Shown: positions 37,403 through 48,525, counted from the first letter of the whole stretch. The stretch: DNA of 63,778 nucleotides, filler included, from Acidimicrobiia bacterium (GCA_046759765.1; 4 parts of 4 records of this genome joined end to end with filler, not necessarily neighbours in it), one strand, 5' to 3'. Numbers and translations are program-made. Notes: generated by a model from the letters alone, not told the origin.

Positions 37403-38164
37403 GTGATAGCAGTTGCTTCGTTCTTCATCGTCATCCTGGTCACACTCATCGTGACCAGGGTGGCAACGATGGCCCTGATCGCCACCGGGCTGCCCCGCGA
37501 GGTAGCCCGGTTCCAGGCCCGGTCCGCCCTCTCCGGAGTCGGGTTCACAACGACGGAGGCGGAAAGCATCGTCGGGCACCCCCTCCGACGTCGGATCGTC
37601 TTCTGGCTGATGCTTGTCGGCAATGCGGGGTTCGTCACAATCGTCGTGTCGCTGATCCTGACGTTTGCCAACAGCGCCGGGGGCACGTGACGCCCTCGCG
37701 CGACTCGCGATCGTCGTAGCCGGGCTGGCGTTGATCTCGTGATATCCCGACGTCAAATCACCGAGCGTTACCTAACCCGCTGGATACCGAGAGGATTGAG
37801 CAAGTGGACCGACCTGGAGGTGCGCGACATGATCCACCTCATGCATCTCACCAAGGACTACGCCATCTCGGAGCTGAAGGTCAACCCGGGCGACTGGCTG
37901 GCGGATACCTCGCTCCAGAACCTGCAACTCCCCAACGAGGGAATTCCGGTGCTCGGGATCCAGAGGGCAGACGGCCAGCTCGTCGGTGCCCCTCGCGGAC
38001 GGAGCGTGGTGCAGCCTTATGACACGTTGATCCTGTACGGCCGATCGAGCGTGCTCAAAGAACTGGATCAGAGACCCGCCGACCGAAAGGGAGATATCGC
38101 CCACTCCGAGGCGGTAACCGAGCACAGGCAGCTCGAGCAGACGGAAGAAGAGAGCGAATCATGA
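37403..38164 (+). pseudogene. TrkA_C (RCK_C) domain membrane protein with two compensating frameshifts
   Basis: TGLPREVARFQARSALSGVGFTTTEAE; GIPVLGIQRADG; correcting +1 G at 37679-37683 and -1 near 37736 restores the TM helix ALARLAIVVAGLALI. Confidence 0.75.
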
Positions 38165-38165
38165 C

Positions 38166-38959
38166 TTACTCGTGGGGCCGAGCGTCAGCAACCAGGACGA
38201 GCGGGCAATCGCGATAGGGATGGTCGATCACCATCATCGACTGGTGGTATATCTCACTGAGTAGATCCTCCTTGAGCACGTCCCGCGGATCGCCTTGGGC
38301 GGAGACTCGCCCTGCAGCCATCACGACCAATCGATCGGCGTAAAACGCAGCCGCATTCAGATCGTGTAGTACCGAGACGACCGATCGGCCCTGCCGGGTC
38401 AACGCGGCAGCCTGTCGCAGTATGAGCTCGCGGTGGCCAACGTCCAGCGCGGCCGTCGGCTCGTCCAACAGCACTACAGGAGCATCCTGAGCAAGGACCC
38501 GGGCAAGAAAGACCTCGCCCGTTCTCCACTCGAGAGGGTCGAGAAGATGCGGCCCTCCAGCATTGCGGTATCCGTGCGGTCCATCGCCTCGAATACGGCG
38601 GCCTCGTCTTGCTGCTGCGAATTCTCAGGATCACGACGATGCGGAAAGCGACCCATCTCGACTACAGCTCGCACGGTGAACGGGATGTCTAGGGGCACGT
38701 AGTCGGCAAGAACAGACCGGAGCGAAGCGAGTTCGCTGATAGGTATCTCGGCCGTGCTTGATCCCCCGATGGTCACCCATCCTTCGTCAGGAATAGTGTC
38801 ACCTGCGAGCAGGCTGAGCAGAGTGGTCTTGCCGGCCCCATTCGGTCCGATCACCCCGACGAACTCGCCCGCCGCTGCTTCGAAGTCCACGTCTGCAACA
38901 AGGGTTGCGACGCCGACCCGATACGTGACGCTCCCCGCAGCCAAGATCGAGTCAGGCAT
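38166..38959 (-). CDS. hmuV: heme/Fe ABC transporter ATP-binding protein (frameshift near 38513)
   Basis: GPNGAGKT, LSSGE, then a frameshift to ARVLAQ..LLDEPTAALDVGH, VLHDLN. Confidence 0.8.
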
Positions 38960-39991
38960 CACGCCTCCTCGACAGAAGCCACAAGAAGAGTGGGCCACCA
39001 ACAGCAGCGGTGACGAGCCCCACCAGGATCTCTACCGGCTCGATTGCTAACCGGGCAACGAGGTCTGCGACGACGAGGAAGAACCCCCGGCCAGAACGAC
39101 GGCAGGAAGTAAGTGGCGATGGGCCGGTCCCACGAGCTTCCGGGTGAGAAACGGCACCAGAAGTCCAACGAAGACCACCACGCCTACCGCTCCGACTGCG
39201 GCACCCACTACGACTCCAACACCGATCAGCAATACAGTCGTGATCAGGTCAACATCAATACCGAGATGTCGGGCCTCGCTGTCGCCGAGTGTCAGGAGAT
39301 CGAGGGTCCTCGAAGCGGCGATCAGCCCGCCCAGCGCGAGCGTGAGGAGCACGAAGGTGGTGCCGAATACCCGCCAGGTCGAGCCGGTAAGACTTCCCAG
39401 AAGCCAGAACTCGATTGGCGGTACTACGCTGCGGTCAGCAGCGAAGACAATGAACCCCACCCAGGCACTGAGCGCAGCACCCAAGGCCACCCCAGACAGA
39501 ATCAAACGCGTCTGATCGATGGAGACACGTCGGCGAAAACGACGAACCATGAAGCTCGTCGCGATACCCGCCACCACCCCTCCGGCGATCGCCCCCTGAA
39601 TTCCTGCCGCGGCAGACCCGAGTGCCGCGCCGATCGCGGCGCCCGGTCCAATGCCGAGCAGGTGGGGATCAGCTAGGTCATTGCGAAGCATGCCTTGCAG
39701 TACACCTCCGGTCACGGCCAGAGCAGCGCCAACGGTGAAACCGAGTAGCAGGCGCGGCATCCGGATTCCCCACACCACGGCCTCGGCCTGCTGACTCGGC
39801 TCGGCGAACAGGCCGAGACCCAGTTTGCGGCTCAGGACCGCCGCTACCTCCGACGGAGGAACGTCGACGGCCCCGAACGCCAGCGTCGCCGCTCCCACAA
39901 GCAGAACGGCAATCGTTAATCCGAGAAGTCCCCATCGCCTCCGACCTAGATACGGATCCCCTGTCGCGATGGACTCGGAGACAAGGCTCAC
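38952..39991 (-). CDS. hmuU: FecCD/HmuU ABC permease (frameshift near 39086)
   Basis: IRMPR, RNDLADP, FWLLGSL, EARHLGI, FVGLLVP; adding one G gives ADLVAR..VGLVTAAVGGPLFLWLL. Confidence 0.8.
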
Positions 39992-40923
39992 CCTGCGAGG
40001 TCGGGATAGAGATCTGTGACAAACTCCGCTAGGGCCTGACCGGTACGAGGACCCAGGTTGAAGAAGTAGGCCTCGTCGTAGACCAGGAAGGCGTCGTTCT
40101 GGGCAGCCGGAGTGTCCGCAACTCCTGGGATCTCGAGCAACGTATCGATTCCTCCCAGGTTGGCGAGCCCGGCTTCAGGAAGCACGATCCAGTCCGGTGC
40201 CGCGGCTACCAGAGCCTCCGGTGTCAATGGTGCTGGGCCGAACACGCCCGCGGCTGCACCGGCATCGATTGCTCCTGCTCCTTCGATCATTGCCTGCGTC
40301 GGCATCCCGGCACCGAAGAGGAAGATGATCTGAGGACCTCGCACGTAGACGTAGGCGATGGTCGGGTCGGTGTCGTCTTGAGCTGCCTGTGATACCGCCT
40401 CGCCTATCTCGCTCGATACTCGGTTAGCGAGCTCTTGGCCAGCTGCCGATACAGCCAGAATCTCGGCAACCTGGAGGATCTTTTCCTCGACACCATCGAG
40501 GGTCACCTGCGTCTTGAGGATGGCGACTGGAACCCCTGCTTGGCGTAGCTGTGCGATGGATTCCGGGGGCGCAATCTGTTCGTCGCCAATCACGAGGGTG
40601 GGCTCGAATCTCAGCACGGACTCCGGTGCCAGCTGCTGGCCAAAGCCGACTGTCTGGCCTGCATCGATCAGTGCCGCTGCTTCGGGTGGATGCGTGGTCG
40701 TGACGTCGACAGCGACCACGTTGGCTCCCAACCCCAGCTCGTAGATGATCTCCGTGAAGTCGCCGTTGAGAGAGACAATCCGCGAAACGTCGCTGATAGC
40801 CGTCTCCACCCCGTCCGCACCGACGAACGTTCTCTGCTCAGCTACTTCGGCTTCACCTCCGGTACACGAACCGGCGATCAGCGCAAGAGCAACCGGAATC
40901 GCAACCGAAAATCGAGACAGCAC
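39988..40923 (-). CDS. hmuT: heme/Fe ABC substrate-binding lipoprotein (HmuT-like)
   Basis: lipobox IAGSC; RIVSLNGDFTEIIYELG, YVRG (YxR), LTPEALVAAAPD, LGPRTG. Confidence 0.75.
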   Translation of the reverse strand: MLSRFSVAIPVALALIAGSCTGGEAEVAEQRTFVGADGVETAISDVSRIVSLNGDFTEIIYELGLGANVVAVDVTTTHPPEAAALIDAGQTVGFGQQLAPESVLRFEPTLVIGDEQIAPPESIAQLRQAGVPVAILKTQVTLDGVEEKILQVAEILAVSAAGQELANRVSSEIGEAVSQAAQDDTDPTIAYVYVRGPQIIFLFGAGMPTQAMIEGAGAIDAGAAAGVFGPAPLTPEALVAAAPDWIVLPEAGLANLGGIDTLLEIPGVADTPAAQNDAFLVYDEAYFFNLGPRTGQALAEFVTDLYPDLAG

Positions 40924-41672
40924 TACCTGTGCACCTCCGCCACGGAACTGTTTTCGGTCGCCACCGGGACGCGTTGCGCAACGTGAATGGGGATCACCCG
41001 ATCACCAACGATTGTCCGGTAGCCGGCCCAGATCAGAAGCAAGCCGATCAACTCGGTGACGTACAGGACTTCGATCTCGCCGAATCGCGCGAACGAACCT
41101 CCGATTCCGGGGAGGATTGCCCCTACTGCGATCAGGATGTTCCCCAGAACTCGAGAAGATGCGCCGCCGCGGCGCCAATAACGCCACGCCGACCAGATGG
41201 CCCCGCCGACGAGGAACACCACTGCGTACAAGTTCACCAGAGGCGAGAACAAGCGAACCCACTGCCAAGCCATCACATCTCCGCTCAGGCGATCAGCCAC
41301 CACGGCCTCGCTGAGAACCGGCGTGGCCACGACAAACGTCGCGGCGATTGCGATGTAGGTAAGCAATGCCACAGTAAGGCGGTCGGCCGTTCGCCTCGGC
41401 AACAGGAGGTACACGGTGCCTTGAGCCAATGGCGCGCCTCCCAGTAGCGCACCCGCTACGTACCACGCCCGAAAAATCGGCTCGTGCCAGCCGAATATTG
41501 TGTTGAGAGCTTCCGTTAGCGTCCCAACTCCGAAAAGACCCACGCCAATGGTCCACCACAGGAGGTAACGAGACTCGGGTTTCCGTCGCCAGTGTCTCCA
41601 CAGGACGAAGGCAAAGGCTCCGGCCAATACCGTCGTGATGATCGGCAGGTAGTGAACCGTGTTCGGTGCCAC
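40923..41672 (-). CDS. conserved polytopic membrane protein
   Basis: ~7 TM segments; translationally coupled to the hmuT-like gene. Confidence 0.8.
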   Translation of the reverse strand: MAPNTVHYLPIITTVLAGAFAFVLWRHWRRKPESRYLLWWTIGVGLFGVGTLTEALNTIFGWHEPIFRAWYVAGALLGGAPLAQGTVYLLLPRRTADRLTVALLTYIAIAATFVVATPVLSEAVVADRLSGDVMAWQWVRLFSPLVNLYAVVFLVGGAIWSAWRYWRRGGASSRVLGNILIAVGAILPGIGGSFARFGEIEVLYVTELIGLLLIWAGYRTIVGDRVIPIHVAQRVPVATENSSVAEVHR

Positions 41673-41769
41673 TCCTACCCACCTAAAACTGCTTAGGCGT
41701 CGACAGCAAGTCGGGTTGGTTTCGACAGCGGGTGGGTAAACCGAGACCTACCCGAGGCGCAATATCGGC

Positions 41770-42729
41770 CTAGACCGGTACGAACCTGCCTCTCCTCCAC
41801 TGCCCGACGGCGACTCGGTGACCGGTCTGAAGGCCTCGTTCATCGATCCGAAAACCTCCCAGGAGAGTCGACGTCTCCCAGGTCCTGATCATTGACGGCG
41901 ACAGCTCCTGCTCTAGCGCCGCTAGAGCGAGATAGCCGGCCGCGGCGGCCTGGGCGGCCACATAGGTCGGCGCAAGTCCGAATCGATCCGTGTACGCAGC
42001 CGCGAACTCGGTCCCCGGAGGCCCGAGCTGCGGTCTGTTTTCGGCTGGAAACCACTGCGTAGGCGCAAAGACAACCTCTGCTCCGGCTTTGAGTCTGGCA
42101 CCGAACTCGGCGATGCCCGCCGCTACGCAGCCAACGAATCCAGGGCGGTTCGACTCCCTGAGACGCGAAACCACGGCCACGTCATCTTCGAACCGGCCCA
42201 CGGCCAACAGGGCGAGGTCCTCCCGCGACGGACCCGGCTGCCAAGCCTCAAACTCCACGACGTCAATGACGAACTCGAGTTGCCGAGCCCGTGCCACGGC
42301 GCCATGAGCAACGATCCGGGCGAAGCGGCCCGGGCCGCGTACCAGAGTGAGTGCGGAGCATCCTCTGTCAGCAGCGATATCGACCAAGGGCACGAAATAC
42401 TGTGACGCTGGCGCCGGGACCATCGGGGCCCAGGGACGAGCAAGATCGTCTGCCGACCCCCCGTGGTTCCAGAGGAGTCGACCTTCCGGCAGCGACGTCA
42501 GAACACGCCGCACCAGCCCGCTGCCGTAGGGGCCGAGGACGAGCAGCTCACTGTCCGCCTTCCAGGATTGATAGGCGCCAACGGCACGATCTGAGGATCC
42601 GACGACGTCCACGATCTCCAGCTCGAGACCGACGTCCGACGCCCACAGCTCTAGGCCTCGGGCGGCGTCGCGGCTCTGAAGGCTGAGCGGACCGGACAGA
42701 TCGAGTGCCGCGGCGGCACGACTAGGCAT
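41770..42729 (-). CDS. LIV-type (periplasmic binding protein-like I) solute-binding protein without evident signal peptide
   Basis: LSGPLSLQ, GLELWA, LGPYGSG, WNHGGS, YVAAQA. Confidence 0.75.
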   Translation of the reverse strand: MPSRAAAALDLSGPLSLQSRDAARGLELWASDVGLELEIVDVVGSSDRAVGAYQSWKADSELLVLGPYGSGLVRRVLTSLPEGRLLWNHGGSADDLARPWAPMVPAPASQYFVPLVDIAADRGCSALTLVRGPGRFARIVAHGAVARARQLEFVIDVVEFEAWQPGPSREDLALLAVGRFEDDVAVVSRLRESNRPGFVGCVAAGIAEFGARLKAGAEVVFAPTQWFPAENRPQLGPPGTEFAAAYTDRFGLAPTYVAAQAAAAGYLALAALEQELSPSMIRTWETSTLLGGFRIDERGLQTGHRVAVGQWRRGRFVPV

Positions 42730-42810
42730 CTTTGCTCGACCAGCCTCCGACCGACGCGATCACCAGGCCCTCGGTATATTTCTCTCCAGCCGGAGCGGGA
42801 GGGATGGTCG

Positions 42811-44025
42811 ATGACGCTCGAAGTCCGAGAGGCGTTCGTCGACCAGTGGCTGGACAACGCTTACGGGTGCTTTAGCTCGGGTCACAAGTTCTGTCGGGAA
42901 GTCTGCCCGGTCATGGCGGTGACGCGAAACGAGCAGCACACGCCTACGGCCTTCCACGCCAACATCGTGGCGATGAGCCAGGGAGCGCTGGAGCTGGAGG
43001 ACGTCGTCGACGACTACGTCCATTGCACGCTGTGCGGTGCATGCGAGCTTCGCTGTCCCAACACGCTTTTCACCGGCGACTTCTATCGCCACCGCACTGA
43101 AACGGTAAAGGTGGTCAAGGCCGTGCGTGCCTTGGCAGTCGACGAGGGCCTCGAGCAGCCCAACTGGAAGCGGTGGGTGGAGATGACGGTCGACGCCAAG
43201 AACGAGCCCGTTCTTAACGGCAAGCCGGTGAGCCAGGAGCACGTCGCCGATTGGGCCGAGGGCCTCGACCTCACTGCGGGCGGGGAAACCGTCCTTTTCT
43301 GCGACTGCGAGGCCGCCTTCTTCCGAACCTCGGTAGCTCGGGCGACGGCCATGGTGTTACAGAACGCAGGCGTCGAGTTCGGATTGATGCAGGAGCAATG
43401 GTGCTGCGGCGGGCCGGCCGCCGAAATGGGCTATGTGGATCGGGCCCGCGAGTTTGCCGAGCATAACGTTGCGGACTGGCGGGCAGGAGGCGCTAAGAGG
43501 ATCGTCACCCTCGATCCCCATGACTACATCACCTTCACGGAGGACTATCCCTCCTACTTCGGCGACGAGTATGACTTCGAGATCCTGCACGTCACCGAGT
43601 TCGTGGCGGCACTGATCCGGGACGGAACACTCCAACTCACCAACTCGGTAGATCGGGTGGCGACTTACCACGATCCGTGCCGGCTTAACAAGAGAAAAGG
43701 GATCTTCGAGTCGCCACGCGAGATCCTCCGGGCCATGCCGGGGCTGACATTCAAAGACGTCGACCACGTGACCCAGTGGTCCTATTGCTCAGGTGCCGGT
43801 GGGGGCTTCGGCATCGAGCGGCCCGAGATTGCGGCGGAGATCAGTCGTCGCCGGGTTGAGAAGGCGGCTGAGCTAGACGTAGACACCCTGGTGAGCGCCT
43901 GCGTGTGGTCCGAGCGCCCGCTGTCGGCCAGCGGAAAGGAACGCAGCCCCCAGGTCGAGGTCCGAGATCTGATGGAGTTGGTCGCCGAGGCAGCCGGCGT
44001 TGACTATGGAGAAGTAAAGGTATGA
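42811..44025 (+). CDS. Fe-S/CCG domain oxidoreductase subunit (GlcF/GlpC-like)
   Basis: CTLCGACELRCP, WCCGGP, YHDPCRL, YCSGAGG. Confidence 0.88.
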   Translation: MTLEVREAFVDQWLDNAYGCFSSGHKFCREVCPVMAVTRNEQHTPTAFHANIVAMSQGALELEDVVDDYVHCTLCGACELRCPNTLFTGDFYRHRTETVKVVKAVRALAVDEGLEQPNWKRWVEMTVDAKNEPVLNGKPVSQEHVADWAEGLDLTAGGETVLFCDCEAAFFRTSVARATAMVLQNAGVEFGLMQEQWCCGGPAAEMGYVDRAREFAEHNVADWRAGGAKRIVTLDPHDYITFTEDYPSYFGDEYDFEILHVTEFVAALIRDGTLQLTNSVDRVATYHDPCRLNKRKGIFESPREILRAMPGLTFKDVDHVTQWSYCSGAGGGFGIERPEIAAEISRRRVEKAAELDVDTLVSACVWSERPLSASGKERSPQVEVRDLMELVAEAAGVDYGEVKV

Positions 44026-45524
44026 GCGCGGTGGCACTCGCCGACCCGGTCCTGGAGGAGCTGCGCCAAATCGTGGGCGAAGAGGGCCTCCTGACGGGGA
44101 AGTCAGCCCGTTTCAACAGGACCCGCGTCCCCTCCCCGTTCCCCGTCCATCGGTGGTCGGAGTTCATCCCCGACGCGGTCGTCATCCCCACGTCCGCCGA
44201 GCAGATCTCCGAGATCGTCAAGTTGGCCAACCGCTACAAGATCCCGGTCGTACCGCGAGCCGGTGGCACGGGACTGGCAGACGGAGCCGTACCGCTAAAG
44301 GGCGGGATCCTCGTCGACGTCAAGCTGATGAACAAGATCCTCGACATCGACCTCGAGGACCGCACCGTCACCGTCCAGCCCGGCATCAACATGCTGAAGC
44401 TGAACGAGGAGTTGAAGCAGTACGGCGTTATCTACCCCGACAACCCGGCCTCCTACCCCTGCTCCATAGTCGGGGGGCGGATCGGCACCAGCGGCTGGTC
44501 GCTTATCGGCGGAAGGTATGGCCACACCCGGGATCTCGTGATCAGCTTCCAGATGGTCCTGCCGACCGGAGAGCTGGTCGAGATTGGAGATGGAGGAGGT
44601 CGCAAGATCAGGAAGTCCTCGACCGGTTACCAGCTCAAACATTTATTTATGGGCCATCAAGGCACCCTCGGGATCGTCACCGAGGCCACCCTCGAGCTCG
44701 TGCCCCGGCCCGAGGCCGAGTTCGCCGCCTTCTTCGGCTACGACGACTTCCAGACGGCGTGGAGAAGCACCGGGGCGCTGGCCACATCGGGGTTGGCCAC
44801 CTTGGCCGCGGTGGTGCTTTTCGACGAGCGAAAGGTCGCCTACCTGCGACGCGACGACGAGGCGTATATCCCTCAGCCGAAGGAGCTGAAGTCGGTGGTC
44901 GCCACGGCCATGTACGGAACGATCGACGAGGTCCGGCCGGCCGCCAAGCGACTGATGCGGATCGGCAAGGAGACTGGAGGGCGATACCTCGGGGACGAGA
45001 TCTCCCAGGGCGACTGGGCCTCGCGCCACGACCGCTACGCCACGCCTCTACACGGCCGGCTGACCAACGGGCAGGTGGTTCCTATGAGTTGGCACTGCGA
45101 GGACGCCTCGCTCAATTACAGCGTGCTACCCCAGGTCCGCGAGGAGTGGCACGAGATCGCCGACCGCTACATCGACCAGTACGGCGTCTTCGACGACTGG
45201 GGAATGTTCTTCTACACCAACGGCGCCTACAAGCCTTGGGGCGACTATCTCGTGGAGATCGACATCGGGATTTGGGAGCAGAAGCTCAATGACGAGAACT
45301 GGCAAGGCTGGGTCAACTGCAAGCGGGAGATAACGGAGGTCACCCTGAAATACGGAGGTTCGATCACCGCCTGTCACGGCTCGACGCGTAAGGGTGACGC
45401 TGAGTTCGTGCCTCAGGAGATGGGCGGCGGCTTCGAGGTCATGAAGAAGATCAAGCGCGCACTCGATCCGAACAACATCATGAACCCGGGTAAGAACATG
45501 CTGGATGAGGCCTACGAGGACTGA
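44022..45524 (+). CDS. FAD-binding oxidoreductase (GlcD/D-lactate dehydrogenase-like)
   Basis: VPRAGGTGL, GHQGTLGIVTE, GSITACHG, IKRALDPNNIMNPGK. Confidence 0.9.
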   Translation: MSAVALADPVLEELRQIVGEEGLLTGKSARFNRTRVPSPFPVHRWSEFIPDAVVIPTSAEQISEIVKLANRYKIPVVPRAGGTGLADGAVPLKGGILVDVKLMNKILDIDLEDRTVTVQPGINMLKLNEELKQYGVIYPDNPASYPCSIVGGRIGTSGWSLIGGRYGHTRDLVISFQMVLPTGELVEIGDGGGRKIRKSSTGYQLKHLFMGHQGTLGIVTEATLELVPRPEAEFAAFFGYDDFQTAWRSTGALATSGLATLAAVVLFDERKVAYLRRDDEAYIPQPKELKSVVATAMYGTIDEVRPAAKRLMRIGKETGGRYLGDEISQGDWASRHDRYATPLHGRLTNGQVVPMSWHCEDASLNYSVLPQVREEWHEIADRYIDQYGVFDDWGMFFYTNGAYKPWGDYLVEIDIGIWEQKLNDENWQGWVNCKREITEVTLKYGGSITACHGSTRKGDAEFVPQEMGGGFEVMKKIKRALDPNNIMNPGKNMLDEAYED

Positions 45525-45526
45525 AG

Positions 45527-45793
45527 ATGTTCGGATTCACCCTTCGTGCCCAGAAACCGCCGGACCCGGAGCGCGTCGCTGACGGAGTAGTGCAGCGCTT
45601 CGAGCACGTCTTCGAGATCGATCCCAGCAAGATGGAAACGTTCCAGCAGCAGGACATGCCGGCCTGGGACACCCACCGGATCGTCCAGAGCCGCTGGGAC
45701 CATCTGGACTGGATGCACGACCACTTCGCGGACAGCCAGGTTTCCGGGGAGGAGCTCGAGGCCGAGTTGGACCAGGAGCCCTCCTCCGACTGA
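45527..45793 (+). CDS. small hypothetical protein
   Basis: 88 aa, starts 2 nt after the upstream stop, acidic. Confidence 0.75.
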   Translation: MFGFTLRAQKPPDPERVADGVVQRFEHVFEIDPSKMETFQQQDMPAWDTHRIVQSRWDHLDWMHDHFADSQVSGEELEAELDQEPSSD

Positions 45794-45813
45794 CCTAACT
45801 ACCTAGCGCTCGT

Positions 45814-46866
45814 TCAATTGAGAGCCGGCATCACTCGATCGTGGATCAAGTCCAGCTGGCCAAGCGTGTCGGGACAGTTCTCGATCTCCCTGCCGGTAAA
45901 TGCGTTCACCAGATACGGATCGGTGATGGCCGCCACGATGTGATTGATGCCGGTCGGCAAAATGTCGCTCTGCAGCTTGGCCACGCACTCTTCCGGAGTG
46001 CCAGCTATCGAAAGCAGCTCTCCCAGCTCGGGTGAGGTGAGGTCAACCGCCCTCTGAACATCTCCCTCCCCGAACGCATCGAAGATCGGCTTCAGGCTGG
46101 CGTAGTCGACTCCGTGCCGCTCGAACTGCTTCTCGGGCATCGCGGAGAGGTAGAAAGCCACCATGATCCGTGCGACCTCTTTCGCCGCCGCCGAGTCCTC
46201 GCCGCAGACCCAGACCACCCAAGCCGCCAGGTCAAGCTCCTGCCAATCCCGGCCGGCCTTCTCGGCGCCCTCTTTGACGTTGTCCATCACAAAGTCGTAG
46301 TTGGCGCGGTTGTAGCCCAAGGCGTGGTGCAGTCCGTCGAACTGCTCGCCGGCAATCTGGAACGACCGGGGTCCTCCCATCGCCCCCAGCTTGATCGGCA
46401 CCCGCTCCTGAACCGGTCGGGAGAGTGTGAACAACCCGGTGTAGTTGAAGAAGTCACCTTCGAAGTTGATGGCACCCTCGTCAAGGAAGGTCCGCATCAC
46501 CTGTCGGGCCTCCATGACCCTGCTCAGCGGCCTATCTCGGGCCCAATCGATGTGATACTGACCCAGCAGAGAGAGGTTGCCGAAGCTGACGACCAAGTCG
46601 GCTCGCCCACCGGAGAGCTCGTCGAGTGTGGCGAGCTGCTGGATGATGAGCGTCGGCTCCCTGAGAATCACGTGGGTGACGCTGGGTCCCATCTTGATCT
46701 GCTTGGTTTCGGCGGCCGCAGCTGCGAACAGCAGCCACATGTCCTTCCACCACGTCTCGTCCACCGAATACGCGCCATAGAACCCGAGCTCGTCCGCCCG
46801 CTTGATCATGTTGATCGAATCTGTCAACGGGAACGCGGGCAGATGCATGTAGCTGAAGTTGACCAT
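45814..46866 (-). CDS. LLM class flavin/F420-dependent oxidoreductase (Mer-like)
   Basis: GPSVTH, LATLDELSGGRA, LGAMGGP, IAGTPEEC. Confidence 0.88.
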   Translation of the reverse strand: MVNFSYMHLPAFPLTDSINMIKRADELGFYGAYSVDETWWKDMWLLFAAAAAETKQIKMGPSVTHVILREPTLIIQQLATLDELSGGRADLVVSFGNLSLLGQYHIDWARDRPLSRVMEARQVMRTFLDEGAINFEGDFFNYTGLFTLSRPVQERVPIKLGAMGGPRSFQIAGEQFDGLHHALGYNRANYDFVMDNVKEGAEKAGRDWQELDLAAWVVWVCGEDSAAAKEVARIMVAFYLSAMPEKQFERHGVDYASLKPIFDAFGEGDVQRAVDLTSPELGELLSIAGTPEECVAKLQSDILPTGINHIVAAITDPYLVNAFTGREIENCPDTLGQLDLIHDRVMPALN

Positions 46867-46957
46867 CAGACGTCCCTCCTCCGGGCGGCCTCCCCCCTGA
46901 AGGCCGCTAACGGAGCCTACCGCCCAGCTTTTTCCGAAGTTGGGAAAACCCCCCTTT

Positions 46958-48397
46958 TCACACGGTGATGTCCGACATCACGTGCTTGACCCGCGTGTAT
47001 TCCTCGAAGGCGTACATGGACAGGTCTTTCCCGTACCCCGACTGCTTGAAGCCTCCATGCGGCATTTCCGCCACCAGCGGGATGTGGGTGTTGATCCACA
47101 CACACCCGTAGTCGAGACCCTTAGCCATACGCATCGCCCGCCCGTGGTCGCGGGTCCACACGCTCGAGGCGAGTCCGTACTTGACTCCGTTGCCCCACTC
47201 CAAGGCCTGAGCCTCGTCGTCGAACTGCTGCACCGTGATCACCGGCCCGAAGATCTCGTCCTGTGACATCTCGTCGTCCTGTTGGAGACCATCGATCACG
47301 GTCGGCTCGAAGAAGAATCCCGGGCCCTCGAGATGATTGCCACCCGTTACGACCTGGGCATGCCCGGGAGCCCTCTCTAGGAAACCCTGGACTCTCTCCA
47401 GCTGATTCGGGTTGTTGAGCGGTCCGTAGTACGTGTCCGAGTCGAACGGGTCCCCAGTTCGGGTGCCGTTAGCTTGCTCCACCAGCGCCCCCACGAAGTC
47501 GTCGTGGGCGCCCCCGCCGGTGAGCACTCGGGTGGCGGCAGTGCAGTCCTGACCGGCGTTGAAGTACCCGGCCCCCGCGATTGCTTCCGCGGCAGCCTCG
47601 ATGTCGGCGTCGTCGAAGACGATGACCGGAGCCTTGCCCCCCAGCTCCAGATGAACCCGCTTGAGCTGATCCGCAGCCGCGGCTGCTACCTCCTTGCCCG
47701 CTCGGATGCTCCCGGTCACCGACACCATGTGCGGAATGGGATGCGTAACGAGCGCCCGGCCCGTGTCGCGGTCGCCACAGATCACGTTGAAGACCCCGGG
47801 CGGCAGGAACTCGGCCGCTAGCTCCGCCAGCCTGACGGTCGTGAGCGGTGTGGTATCGGATGGCTTCAATACCACGGTGTTGCCGGCCGCGACGGCCGGG
47901 GCGAACTTCCAGACGGCCATCAGCAAGGGATAGTTCCAAGGCGTCACCTGGGCGCACACGCCGATCGGCTCGCGCCTGATGAACGAGGTGTGGCCTTCCA
48001 TGTACTCGCCGGCCGATCGCCCCTCGAGCATGCGGGCCGCGGCGGCGAAGAACCGGATCTGATCCACTGCCGGCGGGATCTCCTCCGACATGGTCAGCTC
48101 GAACGGCTTGCCTGTGTCCTCCACTTCCAGCCCCACGAACTCCTCCGCGCGGTCCTCCAGCGCGTCCGCGATCCGAAGGAGTGCCAGGCTGCGTTCGGCG
48201 GGTGTGGTGTTCTTCCAGTCCTCGAAGGCTTTAAGAGCCGCTCCGCACGCCAAGTCCGCGTCGGCGGCCTTCGAGAGGGGCGCCTGTACGTTCTCCTCCC
48301 CGGTGGCGGGGTTGAGGATGGAGCTCGTCTCGCCGTCAACCGGGTCTTGCAACTTCCCATCGATGAAGTTCTGCAGCGTCTTGGTGGCGGTTACCAC
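46958..48397 (-). CDS. patD: gamma-aminobutyraldehyde dehydrogenase
   Basis: [61 protein letters not shown]. Confidence 0.9.
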   Translation of the reverse strand: MVTATKTLQNFIDGKLQDPVDGETSSILNPATGEENVQAPLSKAADADLACGAALKAFEDWKNTTPAERSLALLRIADALEDRAEEFVGLEVEDTGKPFELTMSEEIPPAVDQIRFFAAAARMLEGRSAGEYMEGHTSFIRREPIGVCAQVTPWNYPLLMAVWKFAPAVAAGNTVVLKPSDTTPLTTVRLAELAAEFLPPGVFNVICGDRDTGRALVTHPIPHMVSVTGSIRAGKEVAAAAADQLKRVHLELGGKAPVIVFDDADIEAAAEAIAGAGYFNAGQDCTAATRVLTGGGAHDDFVGALVEQANGTRTGDPFDSDTYYGPLNNPNQLERVQGFLERAPGHAQVVTGGNHLEGPGFFFEPTVIDGLQQDDEMSQDEIFGPVITVQQFDDEAQALEWGNGVKYGLASSVWTRDHGRAMRMAKGLDYGCVWINTHIPLVAEMPHGGFKQSGYGKDLSMYAFEEYTRVKHVMSDITV

Positions 48398-48525
48398 TTC
48401 TCCCCCTTCCCGGTGTCATCCACGCTTCTTGTGAAACATACCCGCCGCAGCTCAAACGGTGCTGAGACTCCGTTTCCCGCCTACCGCTCCAGCTAGCACT
48501 CCGAGCTGAAGACCGGAACCCGTAG

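Noticed and set aside
37688..37690. In-frame TGA in the TrkA_C gene as a second selenocysteine
   Set aside because: No Cys-type context; read-through gives a charged stretch, while the shifted frame gives the expected TM helix, so two compensating indels explain it
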